Below are positions 1-13,585 of a stretch of DNA of 64,000 nucleotides, piece by piece. Positions within the stretch are counted from its first letter, which is position 1; each line of letters begins with the position of its first letter. Position numbers and translations under genes: made by a program. Location: assembly GCA_951406725.2 (NCBI GenBank), contig OX597841.1, positions 13,454,001-13,518,000 of the forward strand, given 5' to 3'. The stretch comes from Octopus vulgaris (Eukaryota). The notes beneath the pieces are model-generated. The model ran no database searches. It was not told where the DNA came from and saw only the letters and a list, made by a program, of their open reading frames with translations.

Positions 1-113
1 AGTACTGGGCTTACAAAGAATAAGTCCCGGGGTCGAGTTGCTCGATTAAAGGTGGTGCCCCAGCATGGCCGCAGTCAAATGACTGAAACAAGTAAAAGAG
101 TAAAAAGAGTAAG
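1..113 (+). mobile_element. SINE family A, 3' end
   Basis: Matches the 3' half and TAAAAGAG tail of full copies elsewhere in the window. Confidence 0.85.
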
Positions 114-509
114 AATATTCAATTTGTTGCGTCATGTGTCTCTCTGATCATCAGGCTATACCATAACCAAGACTCAAATATTAATATGTAGCAGCATTGA
201 AGATGTATTTTATGATCTCCATTGTTGCAACATATCAATATTTGACACGTAGTTTTAGTATAACTGGATGACTTTGGAGAAATACGATGTAGCGTTCTTA
301 TGAATATTGCATGTTAATATACACCCCCTTGTGTATTACGTTGCAATAAAGTCTCTCAAACAATTGTCGACGTATCATACAATCCGTTTATTTGTTTCAT
401 CTCGCACAGATGCACACAGATATAATGGTAAGTGTGCATGGAGGTGAAGCAAGTGCACAATATTGAAACATTTATAGAAAATTAATCTATTTATTGAGGT
501 ACCAGATGG

Positions 510-790
510 TAAAAGATGGGATGGTCATGGTTGGAACATCTTTGATCCTAGGTCTGTTGCATCAGGGCTGACCTAAGGCTAAACAACAAGGAGGGACACA
601 TTAAATGATGTAGCCCCAGATAAACTATGTCTGAATAAAAGATGGGATGGTCATGGTTGGAACATCTTTGATCCTAGACCTGTTGGATCAGGGTTGACCT
701 AAGGTTAAACAACAAGGAGGGACACATTAAATCATGTAGCCCCAGATAGACTATGTCTGAATAAAAGGTGGGGTGCTCATGGTGAGAGCA
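510..790. repeat. Dispersed ~126-nt tandem repeat family (also ~10378-10740 inverted, ~19020-19265, ~53905-54195)
   Basis: gatgggatggtcatggttggaacatctttgatcc recurs at 515 and 641; related units at the other three loci. Confidence 0.75.
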
Positions 791-1060
791 TGTCAATTAT
801 GTTCCAAACACTAGTTGAATAATGAGTTATTTTTTCTGCATTCTTCGTTATTTCCAAAACTGACTGAAACAAAGAATCATGGAAACAAAAGAGCTAAAAG
901 CCAGCTGTCACCCACCAGTTTGCTTTGGTTACGTCTGCACTCGTCTGAACACATACACTTGATCGTGTAGATTCATAGTTGTAATTCCAAAAATATTTTG
1001 TCTGTCATTTTATTGCATATACACGTGTGTGTATGTGTGGCCATTTATGTTTGTGTAAGT

Positions 1061-1263
1061 CAGTGCTTTTCAAACTTTTTGCTGAAGCGGAACCCCAAAG
1101 AAACGTTCCACTGGCTCGAGGAACCCCTGTGCAATAATTTAATTGTCTTATGCACACATATCTGCACAGGAGAATTAAAAATTACTGTCGATTTTAGCAT
1201 TTTTGTAACTTCTTGCGGAATCCCTGGACTGTACTGGCGGAACCCTAAGGTTGAAAACCACTG
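1061..1263. mobile_element. hAT-type MITE with 8-bp TSD
   Basis: TIR cagtgcttttcaa ... ttgaaaaccactg flanked by gtgtaagt at 1053-1060 and 1264-1271. Confidence 0.85.
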
Positions 1264-1416
1264 GTGTAAGTGGTTGGAAACATAACTATAAACACATGGC
1301 TGTATTTGTACCAAGATTTGGAGTGCACTCCTGGGGGTGTAAAGCACTTGTGGTGGTGCCCATGTAAAAGCACCTGTGCAGGGCCACATGATAGCACCTG
1401 TGCAATGTCGTATAAT

Positions 1417-1648
1417 AGTTATTTCTTTATTGCCCACAAGGGGCTAAACACAGAGGGGACAAACAAGGACAGACAAAGGGATTAAGTCGATTATATCGGT
1501 CCCAAAGCATAACTGGTGCTTAATTTATTGACTCTGAAAGGATGAAAGGCAAAGTCAACCTCGGAGGAATTTGAACTCAGAACGTAACGGCAGACGAAAT
1601 ACTAAGCATTTTGCCCAGTGTGCTAATGTTTCTGCCAGCTCGCCGCCC
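1417..1648 (-). mobile_element. tRNA-derived SINE family C (also ~14880-15110, 25870-26197, 29080-29470, 30222-30440, 46252-46415, 49928-50062)
   Basis: Shared core gagttcaaattccgccgaggtcgactttgcctttcatcc with a B-box-like motif, found in many copies. Confidence 0.8.
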
Positions 1649-2036
1649 TAGTGTCATGTAATAGTACCATATGAAAGTGCCTGTGCGGTGCCACCTAAAA
1701 GTGCCCCGGGGCACTCTGTAAAGTGGTTGGCTTCAGGAAGGGGCATCCAGCTGTAAAAACCCTGCCAAATCAGAACAGAGCCTGATGCAGCTCTCCAGTG
1801 AAGGACATGTTCTATTTCTATTCCAGCTCGAAATGTGAAGGACATGTTCTATTTCTATTCCTGAGCGCCATACTAATACATTTGTTTATTTGTACTCCAC
1901 CTGCCTTCGTCTTTTGTTTATTTTCGTAAACCTTCCCGTTATATATATATGTGAAATGAACTTATTGCATATGGTGCTTGGGTGTACTATTGAACTTCAG
2001 TAGCTTACAATTGTTTCTGCTTAAGTACTGGAGGCG

Positions 2037-2068
<32 letters not shown>

Positions 2069-2872
2069 AAACCCTTCAAGGCAGTGCCACAGCATGGCCA
2101 CAGTCCAATGACTGAAACATGTAAAAGAGAGAAGATATGTACACACATGCATATACAGGAATGGGCACACCTTCTGGTTTCAGCATTCAGTATGTAAGCC
2201 TATTGTTCCAGGTTCAATCCCAGGTTGCAGAAACTTTATTTTAGCTGCCCTGCACCCCCACCTCCCAACAACCCCATGGTGGCCAATACCTTGTCAATGT
2301 AATTGGTGAATGGAAACTGTACAGAAGCCTCGTGTTTGTGTGTGTATGCGCACACGCATGATGCATAATAACTACCCAATAACAAATACATTTAAATCCC
2401 TCAGTTATTTCCACCCCATCCCCTCATCCCCATTCCTCCATATACCACTGGTACCTGTTTTACAGGCCTCAGCCTTTTTACACCTGCCCTGCAATGTCAA
2501 TCTTAAAATAAACAATCCCATCCTTGCAATCTCAAAGCTATGAGATAATCCATGGTTAATCCAAAACAATGTGAATAAATAAGGATTAGATTTGACAAAG
2601 TAATCTGAATGCTAAAGGGTTAAAATAGGGGCCAGATGAACCAGTGAAGGAGTTTCTATTTAGTCACTTGACCTTACACATGTCACAGCCTAATTTCACC
2701 TCAACAAACTCCCTACTCTCTTTAATCCTTTAGCATGTTAACCAGCCAGATTGGACTCAGATATTCTACTTGTTTTAAGGTCACACTGGTCAGATCCAGC
2801 CTCTCACACCTACCTTGTAATGCCATTCTATAAATTAACAATCACGTCATCGAAATTTTGAAATCACAAAAT

Positions 2873-3255
2873 TTAAGAGCACTCCGTCGGTTACGATGAT
2901 GAGGGTCCCAGCTGATACGATCAACGGAACAGCCTGCTCGTGGAATTAATGTGCAAGTGGCTGAGCATTCCACAGACACGTGTACCCTTAACGTAGTTCT
3001 CGAGGAGATTCAGCGTGACACAGTGTGACAAGGATGGCCCTTTGAAATACAGGTACAACAGAAACAGGAAGTAAGAGTGAGAGAAAGTTGTGGTGAAAGA
3101 GTACAGCAGGGATCACCACCATCCTCTGCAGGAGCCTTGTGAAGCTTTAGGTGTTTTCGCTCAATAAACACTCACAATGCCCGGTCTGGGAATCGAAACC
3201 ACGATCCTATGACCGCGAGTCCGCTGCCCTAACCACTGGGCCATTGTGCCTCCAC
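2873..3255 (-). mobile_element. tRNA-derived SINE family D, full length with 13-bp TSD, nested in a TTAA MITE (~2722-3341)
   Basis: Minus-strand tRNA-like head tggcccagtggttagggcagcggactcgcgg...ggtttcgattccc; TSD gaaatcacaaaat at 2860-2872 and 3256-3268. Confidence 0.85.
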
Positions 3256-3669
3256 GAAATCACAAAATAATAATTAATTGAAAACGATGTGAATAAACAA
3301 GAATTACATTTGACTGAGTAATCTAAACGCTTAAGGGTTAAAATAAGGACCACTACAAAGAGTAATTAGGGAAGGCAATGCTTGTGGCCCTTTATAGGGT
3401 CCTTTGAGGATGCTTGCAACTAGTGGTGGCAGCAGTTGATATTGTGATGGTTGCAGTAAGAATACAGAACGTAGTTGCAGTTAGATTTTTATGTCCTTTA
3501 GCCAGGGGGTTTGACAGCATCCATGGCCCTTAACAGGGGTTTTGAGACTGGTAGGAAGGACAGAGTGGGTGAGGGGGATCTTTGCACCAGAAATTTGTCC
3601 AAACTGCTTGAAACAGAATAGGGTCCACTAAAGGTATCCAAGGCCCCAGGTGGAGATGGGGGTGATTAA

Positions 3670-3935
3670 TATTGTAGTAGTAGTAGTAGTAGTATTGGTG
3701 GTGGTGGTGGTAGTTGTATTAGTAGTGGTAGTATTGGTAGTGGTTGTAGTAGTGGTAGTAAGACCATAGTAGTGACAGCTGTGTAGTAGTAGCTGTTATA
3801 GGAAAGGTGGTGTTGGTAATGTAGCAATAGAATTAGTAGTTGTAGTGTTAGAAGCAGTAGCAGCAGTAGTAGTAGTAGTAGTAGTAGTATGTCTGTAGAA
3901 TTAATCTCCCCAACAGACAATCTAATTAATATCCA

Positions 3936-3969
<34 letters not shown>

Positions 3970-4340
3970 ACCATGTGTTGTTTTTTGTTGTTGTTGGATG
4001 GGAAATATAATATATTGTTGTTGAGGAATTATTGGATAGTGTGTGGTGGTGGTAGGGTCGGAGGAGCAGGGTGGTAAGAGCGTTGGTATGTTGCAGTGGT
4101 GGTGGTGGTGAGAGTGATACTGGTTTGATGTGGGAAATGAGATGTGTGGTGGTAGCCTGCATGTGATGGTGAGGATGTTGGGTGATGGTGGGGAGATAAT
4201 GATGGTGGTGGTGGTGGTGGTGACACTGGTGTGTTATAGGAATGAGGTGTGATGGTAGTAGGATTCTGACATTGGTGATGTTGTTGTGTTGCAGTAGTGG
4301 TGGGGGTGTCATGTAGTGGTATGATGGTAGTAGTTGTTGG
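3670..4340. repeat. Compound (TAG)n/(TGG)n/(TG)n microsatellite tract
   Basis: Direct reading. Confidence 0.9.
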
Positions 4341-5212
4341 GTTTTTTTAGATCTTTTTTTTTGTTTTTTTTTTGTTATTCCTACATCAATCCTTATTCAC
4401 CAGTCATTAAATTTGGTACATTCCTTCCATGACTACCTTGTTTAACCTTCTAGCATGCTTATTTATTCACATTGTTTTTTAATTAATCTTGTAGCTTTGA
4501 GCTTTCAATGATGTGGTAATTTATTTGTTTAAAGGACATTTTAGGGTAGGTGGGAGAAGCCAGATCTGGTTAGTTCAGACATACAACAGGTAGAATGTTT
4601 GGGCCAGATATGGCTGGTTTCAAAGTTAATTGAGGCAGATCTAGGACTACATTGTGCAGGCTTAAGGGGATAAGGTGTGATTGGAGAAAGATTTAGTTGT
4701 TATTTCTAGCGGGTCTACTTACCATGTACAGATCTCCATATATGTATTGTGTGTGTGTGTGTGTGTGTAATTTTGATGTCCACTTGTCCATGCTTGCATG
4801 GGTCAGACAATTCATTGACTACTGCATCCTCTGTCTCTGTAGAGGGTGAAGGGGCTATGACTAAAGATTGAGGCCAATGACTTTTTGCAATTGGATGCCC
4901 TTTCTGTTACCAAGCCTCACCTGTTTCCAAGCAAGGTGATATTTCCTCCATGGCCAGACATGTTTCCATGGGATATTGGAAACAAACAACACTGCTTGTA
5001 TGATGGTGATACTCATTTACAACTCTCATGAGATTAACAAGGACTTTTTCTTTCTGGCGGATCGGATACCAATGAAATTAATAGATGCATTTCAGTTGCT
5101 ACATTATGGGTGTTCTACATGTTCAATGTAGGACAACAAGGATAACACTCAGAGGATGTTTGTAGTTTCTTGTGACTACACAAACCCTTTTTTGAAACTT
5201 TTAAAGAAAACA

Positions 5213-5839
5213 TATGAAGGGGTGCTGAAAATTCCCTGGCTTTGGGTAAAAGAAAATCCAGGAGGATCAGTTAATTATGATTCTATTCAATATAGACGCA
5301 GGAGTGGCTGTGTGGTTAGTAGCTTTCTTACCAACCACATGGTTTTGGGTTCTGTCCCACTGCATGGCACCTTGGGCAAGTGTCTTCTACTATAGCCCCT
5401 GGCCGACCAAAGCCTTGTGAGTGGATTTAGTAGACGGAAACTGAAAAAAGCCTGTCGTATATATATATATATATATATATATGTGTATGTGTGTGTATAT
5501 GTTTGTGTGTCTGTGTTTGTCCCCCTAGCATTGCTTGACAACCGAAGCTGGTGTGTTTATGTCCCCGTTACTTAGCGGTTTGGCAAAAGAGACCAATAGA
5601 ATAAGTACTGGGCGTACAAAAGAATAAGTTCCGATTAAAGGCGGTGCTTTAGCATGGCCGCAGTCAAATGACTTAAACAAGTAAAAGAGTAAAGAGAGTA
5701 TTCCCCTCTCAGATTCACACACTTATTGCAGTGGTCCTTCAGTTTTTCTAAGCCCTCTAAAAGAACCTGGAAGGTTGGGCCTCCAACCAGACCTTTCCCG
5801 ATACTCTAAAAGCCAGGAACCTTTCAGCACCCCATCATA
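5213..5839 (-). mobile_element. Mariner-derived MITE interrupted by a SINE A copy
   Basis: TA-flanked TIRs tatgaaggggtgctgaaaattccctggcttt / aaagccaggaacctttcagcaccccatcata; uninterrupted inverted copy at ~58683-58900. Confidence 0.8.
5298..5699 (+). mobile_element. tRNA-derived CORE-like SINE family A, full length
   Basis: A-box tggctgtgtgg, B-box-like ggttctgtccc, CORE-like accttgggcaagt, internal (TA)n/(TG)n, TAAAAGAG tail. Confidence 0.9.
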
Positions 5840-5859
5840 ATGCCAGTATGCCCTGAGTG

Positions 5860-6105
5860 GCTCCCATGCTGGTGACATGTGAAAAGCACTATCCAAGTGT
5901 GACTGGCTCCTGTACTGGTGGCACGTAAAAAGCACCCACTACATTCTCGGAGTGGTTGGCATTAGGAAGGGCATCCAGCTGTAGAAACCTTTGCCAGATC
6001 AGACTGGAGCCCGGTGCAGCCTTCTGGCTTGCCAGCTCCCAGTCAAACTGTCCAACCCATGCCAGCATGGAAAGCAGACAGTAAACAATGATGATGATGA
6101 TGGTG
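5860..6105 (+). mobile_element. SINE family B with RTE-like (ATG)n tail (also ~11413-11710, 13100-13280, 14590-14778, 25085-25265, 26240-26380, 32745-33250, 35125-35415, 35568-35846, 56383-56622, 59279-59554)
   Basis: Core ggttggcgttaggaagggcatccagctgtagaaac ... ccaacccatgctagcatgg ... taaatgatgatg in many copies. Confidence 0.85.
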
Positions 6106-6240
6106 ATATAGATAGATAGTGTCTTCTATAGCTTTGGGCCGATCAAATCCTTGTGAGTTATTTGATACATGGAAACTGAAAAGAAGCCCATCGTGTGTGT
6201 GAATCTGTGTTTGTCTCCACCACTGCTTGATAACCAGTGT

Positions 6241-6433
6241 TACTCTCTCTTTTACTTGTTTCAGTCATTTGACTACGGCCATGCTGGAGCACCGCCTTTA
6301 GTCGAGCAAATCGATCCCGGGACTTATTCTTTGTAAGCCCAGTACTTATTCTATCGGTCTCTTTTGCCAAACCGCTAAGTGACAGGGACGTAAACACACC
6401 AGCATCGGTTGTCAAGCAATGCTAGGGGGACAA

Positions 6434-6508
<75 letters not shown>

Positions 6509-6673
6509 TACAACAGGCTTCTTTCAGTTTCCGTCTACCAAATCCACTCACAAGGCATTGGTCGGCCCGGGGCTATAGTAGAAGACACTTGCCCAAGGTG
6601 CCACACAGTGGGACTGAACCCGGAACCATGTGGTTGGTAGACAAGCTACTTACCACACAGCCACTCCTGCGCC
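6241..6673 (-). mobile_element. SINE family A, full length, inserted in an older opposite-strand copy (~6119-6802)
   Basis: Reverse complement of family A; the older copy resumes at ~6675. Confidence 0.88.
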
Positions 6674-7320
6674 TGTGTTGGTGTGTTTATGTCCATATGA
6701 CTTAGCAGTTTGGCAGAATAAATACCAGACTTAAGACATAAAAAAAAAGGTGCTCCAGCATGGCCACAGTCTAATGGCTGAAACAACTAAAAGCTAAAAG
6801 ACATTTGTGGATGTATGTACTTGTAAGTGGGTGGGCTGGTTATATATACACGTACACATGCTCTTCTATGCATATACACACATGTATATGCATATCTGCA
6901 TGTACATGTGTGTGTGTGTGTGTGTATTTAAATGTGTGTGCTGAATGTGGAAGAGTGACCTTTAAAAAAAACTCACCGAGGAACGGAGTCCCGGGGAAAG
7001 AAAGGATGCTGGGTGAGGGGTGGGGTGTGGGCTGGGAGTCTCTAATTGATGCTGTGGGGAGGTTGGGTGTGGGTCGAGGGGGGAGGAATGATCCGAACTG
7101 AAGTGGGGCGGAGAGGGAGCGTGTGGAATCTAATCATAAAGGTTATATTAAATTGGTGCCCAATTACCACCGACTGCACTGCGTCCTCTGTCTCTGTAGA
7201 GGGTGGAGGGGCTATGACTAGAGATTTAGGCCAATGACTAGAGATTTAGGCCAATGACTGTCTCTTCTCTCTCTCCCTCTTTCTCTCTCTGTACATCTGC
7301 ATGTGTATATACATGTGTGT

Positions 7321-7371
<51 letters not shown>

Positions 7372-7540
7372 TACATATGTGTGTATATATATATATACAC
7401 ACACATACACATATCTGTGTGTTTGTGTGTGGTGGAGGCATGTTGGACTTGTGGTCATAAAATCACAGTTTCAATTCCTAGACCAGACGTTTCACATTCC
7501 TCCTGTCCTCTCAGCTCATAAAAATAAATGTCTACAGAGT

Positions 7541-7596
<56 letters not shown>

Positions 7597-7727
7597 CTTT
7601 GTTTTGGCAGTATGTTAATAAATTAAGTTCCCATGCTTACCAAGTCTCCATTCTGCTTCTTTAATCATATTTATACTTATGATAATCCCATATATATCAA
7701 AGAGATTTTCCTCAATGGTGTTAGCAA

Positions 7728-7954
7728 TTAACCCTTTCATTACTGTATTTATTTTGAGATGCTCTGTGTTTCTTTTAATTACTTTAAATATAACAAAGAA
7801 TTTAGTAAAATAACTTAGTTATCATTAAACTAGTGTTAGGAACATAAATTGTGACTAAGGTTTGATGGAAGATTTTAATTCAGGACTTTTGAAAACAAGA
7901 CATTTGTACTCAGAGCCAGAGCCGTTTCAGCCGGGTTGGTAATGAAAGGGTTAA
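7728..7954. mobile_element. TTAA-flanked (piggyBac-like) MITE
   Basis: ttaaccctttcattac ... gtaatgaaagggttaa perfect terminal inverted repeats. Confidence 0.85.
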
Positions 7955-8978
7955 ACCAGTGAAATTTTGGATATAATAATACCTGATGAGGATAAAACAT
8001 CCTCACATTGACTATTTATACATATGTACGATTGCTATTCTGCAAAAGTCTCGTAAGTCCAAAACATTGCTTTTCTTTGTCAGTAAACGGAAAAATAGTT
8101 TCACCATTCCATAGCAAAACCATTGTCCTACATTTTGACAGTTTTTTATATTTTTTGCATCTGAAGCAGCTGGAGATACGATAGTTTGACCAAAAGGGCT
8201 GGCTGTTGCAAGCACTGAAAAAAAAGGCACACTCACACATTTATATACGATGTAGGAGCCATATTGTTTGGGGTCCAGTCCTGCTGTGTGGCCCCCGTTG
8301 GGCAAATACATTCTACTGTAGCCTCTGGCCAGCCAAATCCTTGTGAGTGGATTTTTCCCAAGGAAACTGAAAGAAGCACTGAACTACCACACAGATGACT
8401 TGTTTATAGGGATCAAATCGTTTGTATGTAGACATAAGCTCACTCCTACCATCAAATCAACATCACCTGTACAGGTGCAACAGGGTACCTCATGTCAGGT
8501 GTCGAAATTATTGCAGAGCAACATGAAATGAAGTGCTTTGCACAAGAACACAACACAGGACCTGGTCTGGGAATCGAACTCGCAATCATGAGTGCAACAC
8601 CCTAACCGCTACGCATGTGTATATATATATATTATCTGAAATGTATAGTATTGAATAGCCATCACAGCTGGTCTTATCAACTGGTTTCGCATAAAGAATA
8701 CAATGGTGCATTAGGTAACAAACCGATTATATAACTTTACGCTCATCAGAGTTAGCTGATATGGAAGGGAATTCCCCCATCACAGCTAGTGTTGGTGTGT
8801 TTATATCCCCATAACCTCCTAGTGGTTCAACAAAAGAAACCGATATAGTAAGTACCAGGCTTTAAAAAAAGAATAAAGTATTGGGGGTGGGGGTCAGTTT
8901 GTCAACTAAAATAGCTCACGGTGGTGCCCCAGCCTGGCCGCAGTCCAATGCCTGAAACAAGTAAAAGATAAAAGACGC

Positions 8979-9023
<45 letters not shown>

Positions 9024-9339
9024 TGCACATATCTGTGTGTCGGTTGACTTAGATCTATTTTGCTGTTGGTAACAAAGGAAGGAAGGTTCCTCCCGTTTTG
9101 GCAATGGGCTGCCTGCCATGGCATTAATTAAATGTAATTAATTTTGGTAGGGAGGCGGGAGTGGGGGAATCGGGGATCTTGTGGTGGTGGTGGTGGTTTT
9201 AGGTCGATGGGAGGGGCTTTGGAAAATTAATTTCATGTTGTGTGTGTGTGAAATTGGGTATATTAGATCCAGACCATACTGGAGCACCATCTCTGTGTGT
9301 CCTGTTTTAAACCCATTTGCATATAAACCAGCCTTATCT

Positions 9340-9690
9340 AGCTGTGTGTGTGTGTGTGTATGATGTAGATATGTATTTGTGTGTGTGTATGATGTAGATA
9401 TGTATGTGTGTGTGTATGTATGATGTGTAGATATGTGTGTGTGTGTATGATGTGTAGATATGCATGTATGTGTCTGTGTGTGTGTGTATGATGTAGATAT
9501 GTATGTGTGTGTAGATATCTATGTATATGTTTGTATGATGTGTAGATATGTGTGTGTGTGTGTGTAAGATGTGTAGGTATGTATGCGTGTGTAGATGTGT
9601 ATATATATATAGGTAAATGTAGAGACAGATGCCTATGTGTGTGTGTGTAACTACGTATGAATGTGTATATAAGTGTGTGTATATCTCTAC

Positions 9691-9733
<43 letters not shown>

Positions 9734-9825
9734 CATATGTGTGTGTGTGTGTATATATACATATATGTGTGTATATATGTGTGTGTATACATACACACAC
9801 ACTCACATATGTAGTGTGTATGTGG
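9340..9825. repeat. Degenerate (TG/TA)n satellite
   Basis: Direct reading. Confidence 0.9.
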
Positions 9826-11964
9826 GGGGGGTAATCACCATTTTGTCTCAATCTCTGTTGATAACATTCTAATTGTTTCTGTTGATGTGGTGGTGATAGT
9901 CATGGGAGGAAGAGTGATGATCGTTCCCTCCCATCACAAGCACTCTCTCTTCTCCCCCCCCCGCATCCCCCACAACCACCCTCTCCTACATTCACCCCAC
10001 CCCCAGATTCCCACTCCTAATTCTACACCCCCTTCCTTCTCTCTTTCCCCATCTTTGTATGGGGGGGTCTCCCTCTTCCCTTTCCCCTCCCTCTTTCTCA
10101 CTGTTCCTCTCTTCTTCACTCACTCCCCATTCTCTCTCTCTTCCCCCTCCCCCTTAACTTTTTACCAACTCCTTCCCCTGTTCTCTTTCTTCACACACAC
10201 ACACTTCCCCCCTCTCTGTTCACAAGGGTGGTATTTGGTAAAGAGAGGGAAAGGAAGAGGTTGTAATAGTGTGTGTGTGTACATGTATGTACAAGTGTAT
10301 GTTGCTGTGTGTGTGTTATCTACCAGTCTGTGTGTGTGGGTTATTGCAGAGGTGTTTATGAGAACACATTTTGCTATTTAGCCCAAGGTCAGTCCTGATG
10401 CAGCAGCAGACAAATGATCACGGCTGCCCTCACCATGACCATCCCACCTTTTATTCAGACATAGTCTATCTGGGGCTACATCATTTAATGTGTCCCTCCT
10501 TGTTGCTTAGCCTTAGGTCAGCCCTGATCCAACAGGTCGAGGATCAAAAATGTTCCAACCATGACCATCCCATCTTTTATTCAGACATGGTCTATCTGGG
10601 GCTACATCATTTAATGTGCCCCCTCCTTGTTGTTTAGCCTTAGGTCAGCCCTGATCCAACAGACCTAGGATCAAGGATGTTCCAACCATGACCATCCCAT
10701 CTTCTATCCAGACACAGTGTCTCTAGGGCTACATTATCTAATTTATCATTTTTTTGTGCTTTGTTTCTCTGTTCTCATATTTCTGCTAAAATGCAGAGCC
10801 TTTGGTTCAATTAGTTTTAGAAATAACGAAGAATTCAGTCAAATAAATTTGTCATTATTAATCCGTTGTTTGGATCATAGATTAACATGGAATTTTTTAT
10901 AGAAGTTTTTAATTTAGATCACGTTAAAATAGGAAATTTATATCATAGAACCAGGAGTGGTGGTCTCTGGTAAAGTCCTGCTAAAGTTGATATTTAACCT
11001 TTTTGTTAATGAACTTTTAAGATAAACTAAGCTGAAATTTTGAGAGGTTTTTAATTAGATCACTTTAACCCTTTTGTTACCCTATTTGTGTTGCAATCCC
11101 CTACCTTTGTTTTAATTAATTTCCAAAATGGTGAAGAATTTAGTAGAATAACTCTATCATTATTAATCTGGTGTTTGTAGCATAAATTAAAATAAAATCT
11201 TGATGGATGGTTTTAATTTTCTTTTTTTAAATAGCACTTGAATAAAGCTCTAAATAATAGTGTGAAGATCTTAGATTAAAAATTCTTTTGGAATTTCAGC
11301 AAAAAGCCAGTCTTCCCTTTTATCCAAGAGGTTTTCTAACCTAATATTTACCTGCTGGTTTTTGTAGCTTCATCTCCTTTGAGTTTCATCGTTAAAAAGA
11401 AACAAATTCTTTCATCATCATCATCGTTTAATGTCCGCTTTCTATACTAGCATGGCTTGGACGATTTTGACTGAGGGCTGCACCAGGCTCCAATCTTGAT
11501 CTGGCAGAGTTTCTACAGCTGGATGCCCTTCCTAACGCCAACCACTCCAAGAGTGTAGAGGGTGCTTTTTACGTGCCACTGGCACGGGGGGTCCAGTTAG
11601 GCGGTACTGGCAATGACCTCACTCAAATCTTTTTACACATGCCACCGGCACAGGTGCCAGTAAGGCGACATTGGTAACGATCACACTCGAATGGTGTCCT
11701 TTTACGTACCGTGTTTTTCAAAGCTTCTTAATCTTTATTTGGTGAAAGATTTTAGTTTCAATCACTTTGTATCCGCGAACCAGAGGCATATTCAAATATC
11801 CAAATGGTTATAGCAGAACATACTATATATGAGCGCCGCTCATTAAGCCCTGCATATATTTTGCTTCAGTGTATAACCATCTTTATCTTCTTTCCCTTTT
11901 TGTCCCCGCACTCTGTCATTTTGCTTTTTCTTATGGTCTCTCTTCTCTTTTCTTTGTTCTGCAG

Positions 11965-12114
11965 GAATTACAAATCATGAAGAATACTCTTTGGTACGCG
12001 AGCTGCCGGAAGAGGAAAAAGAAAAAACGATGACCCTGAAGAGAGACAAATCCATCGCTAAGGACCAGAAAAAACTCGAAGAGATGAGACGAAAGCTTCA
12101 CACAGATGATGATG
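11965..12114 (+). CDS. TLN1: Talin exon, FERM F1 including the F1 loop ((G)[12 protein letters not shown]...KLHTDDD)
   Basis: ttctgcag|GA ATT ... GAT G|gtgagt; phase 1-1; 150 nt. Confidence 0.95.
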
Positions 12115-12531
12115 GTGAGTTTTATTCGGTTTTGGGGGTTTTAACGCATTTCATAACAATTACACATTGACACAGTTGTAACTAAGCACTGACAGACAAC
12201 CACTTTGATCACCACCGCTGAAACACCACTATGGCATCTACAGGGTTCATCAAGTCTTTGGCACCTCAGCAAAATAAAATGCCGTAGGTACACAACTGTG
12301 CATCCCAAGCCATCCAAATTTGTTTCTTCGTAACTTTCTGGGAAATGGATAATGTATTTTCTGGCATTCACATTGAATTTTTCTGGCTAAAATTTACAAC
12401 CAAAAAAAGGTAGATTGATTTATAGAACCAAGAAGACTTTGGAGGACCAAAAGATCCATGCGAAATAAAGCCGGATAAAATGGTCGTTAATTCAATAGTC
12501 TTACATTTTAGTGACTTCCATAATTCAATGT

Positions 12532-12608
<77 letters not shown>

Positions 12609-13550
12609 ATGTATATATAGAATGTGTATTGAATGTATGTAATTGATGTCTTTTCAGTAAATTGGTTGGACCATTCCAAGACATTGAGAGAACAAGGAAT
12701 CGAACACAATGAAATCTTGCTTCTTCGGCGAAAGTTTTTCTTCTCCGATCAAAACGTTGATGCACGGGATCCAGTACAGCTGCAGTTGCTGTATGTGCAG
12801 GTAGGTGGCAGCACTGGTCTGGTGGTCTTAACTCACATTGGTTACCTCTGTTGTTGACTGGGTGTCATGTGTGAATTGGGGGGAGGGGGATGCAGTACCA
12901 TTTATACAGTGGTGAGGCAGGATTCTTTGTGTGTGCATACAGGTGTTAGGGGTCTCCCACTGCAAGGCCCCTGCTTCTGTCACTCTATTCATACTCTGAC
13001 TCCTCGTCAACTGGTACAAAGCCATCTCCCTCAATCTTACTCCAAGCTTCAGTTGAGGGGCCTCGCCTTGCAAGTTACTTGGGAACCTCACTGCTGTTCG
13101 TGCCATGTAAAACGCACCCAGCACACTCTGTAAAGTGGTTGGCATTTGGAAGGGCATCCAGCCATGGGAAACCATGCCAAGACAAGGCAGTAGAGCTTGC
13201 ATCAAGTCTTCTGGCTTTCCAGTTCCTGCCAAACCATCCAACCCATTCCAGCATGGCAGGACAGTGTTAAACAACGATGTTATATAATATACATATTATT
13301 ATGGTTGTCGATGGTAGTGTTCAGAATACTATACTCTTTTACTCTTTTACTTGTTTCAGTCATTTGACTGCGGCCATGCTGGAGCACCGCCTTTAATCGA
13401 GCAACTCGACCCCGGGACTTATTCTTTGTAAGCCCAGTACTTATTCTATCGGTCTCTTTTGCTGAACCGCTAAGTAACGGGGACGTAAACACACCAGCAT
13501 CGGTTGTCAAGCAATGTTGGGGGGACAAACACAGACACACAAACATACAT

Positions 13551-13585
<35 letters not shown>

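Noticed and set aside
9060-9240. Enhancer-like cluster (AACAAAG, GGAA, TAATTA)
   Set aside because: Short motifs expected by chance; no conservation data available.
1-11964. Talin F0 and start-codon exons
   Set aside because: No sequence resembling the F0 or early F1 motifs was found; the region reads as one long intron.
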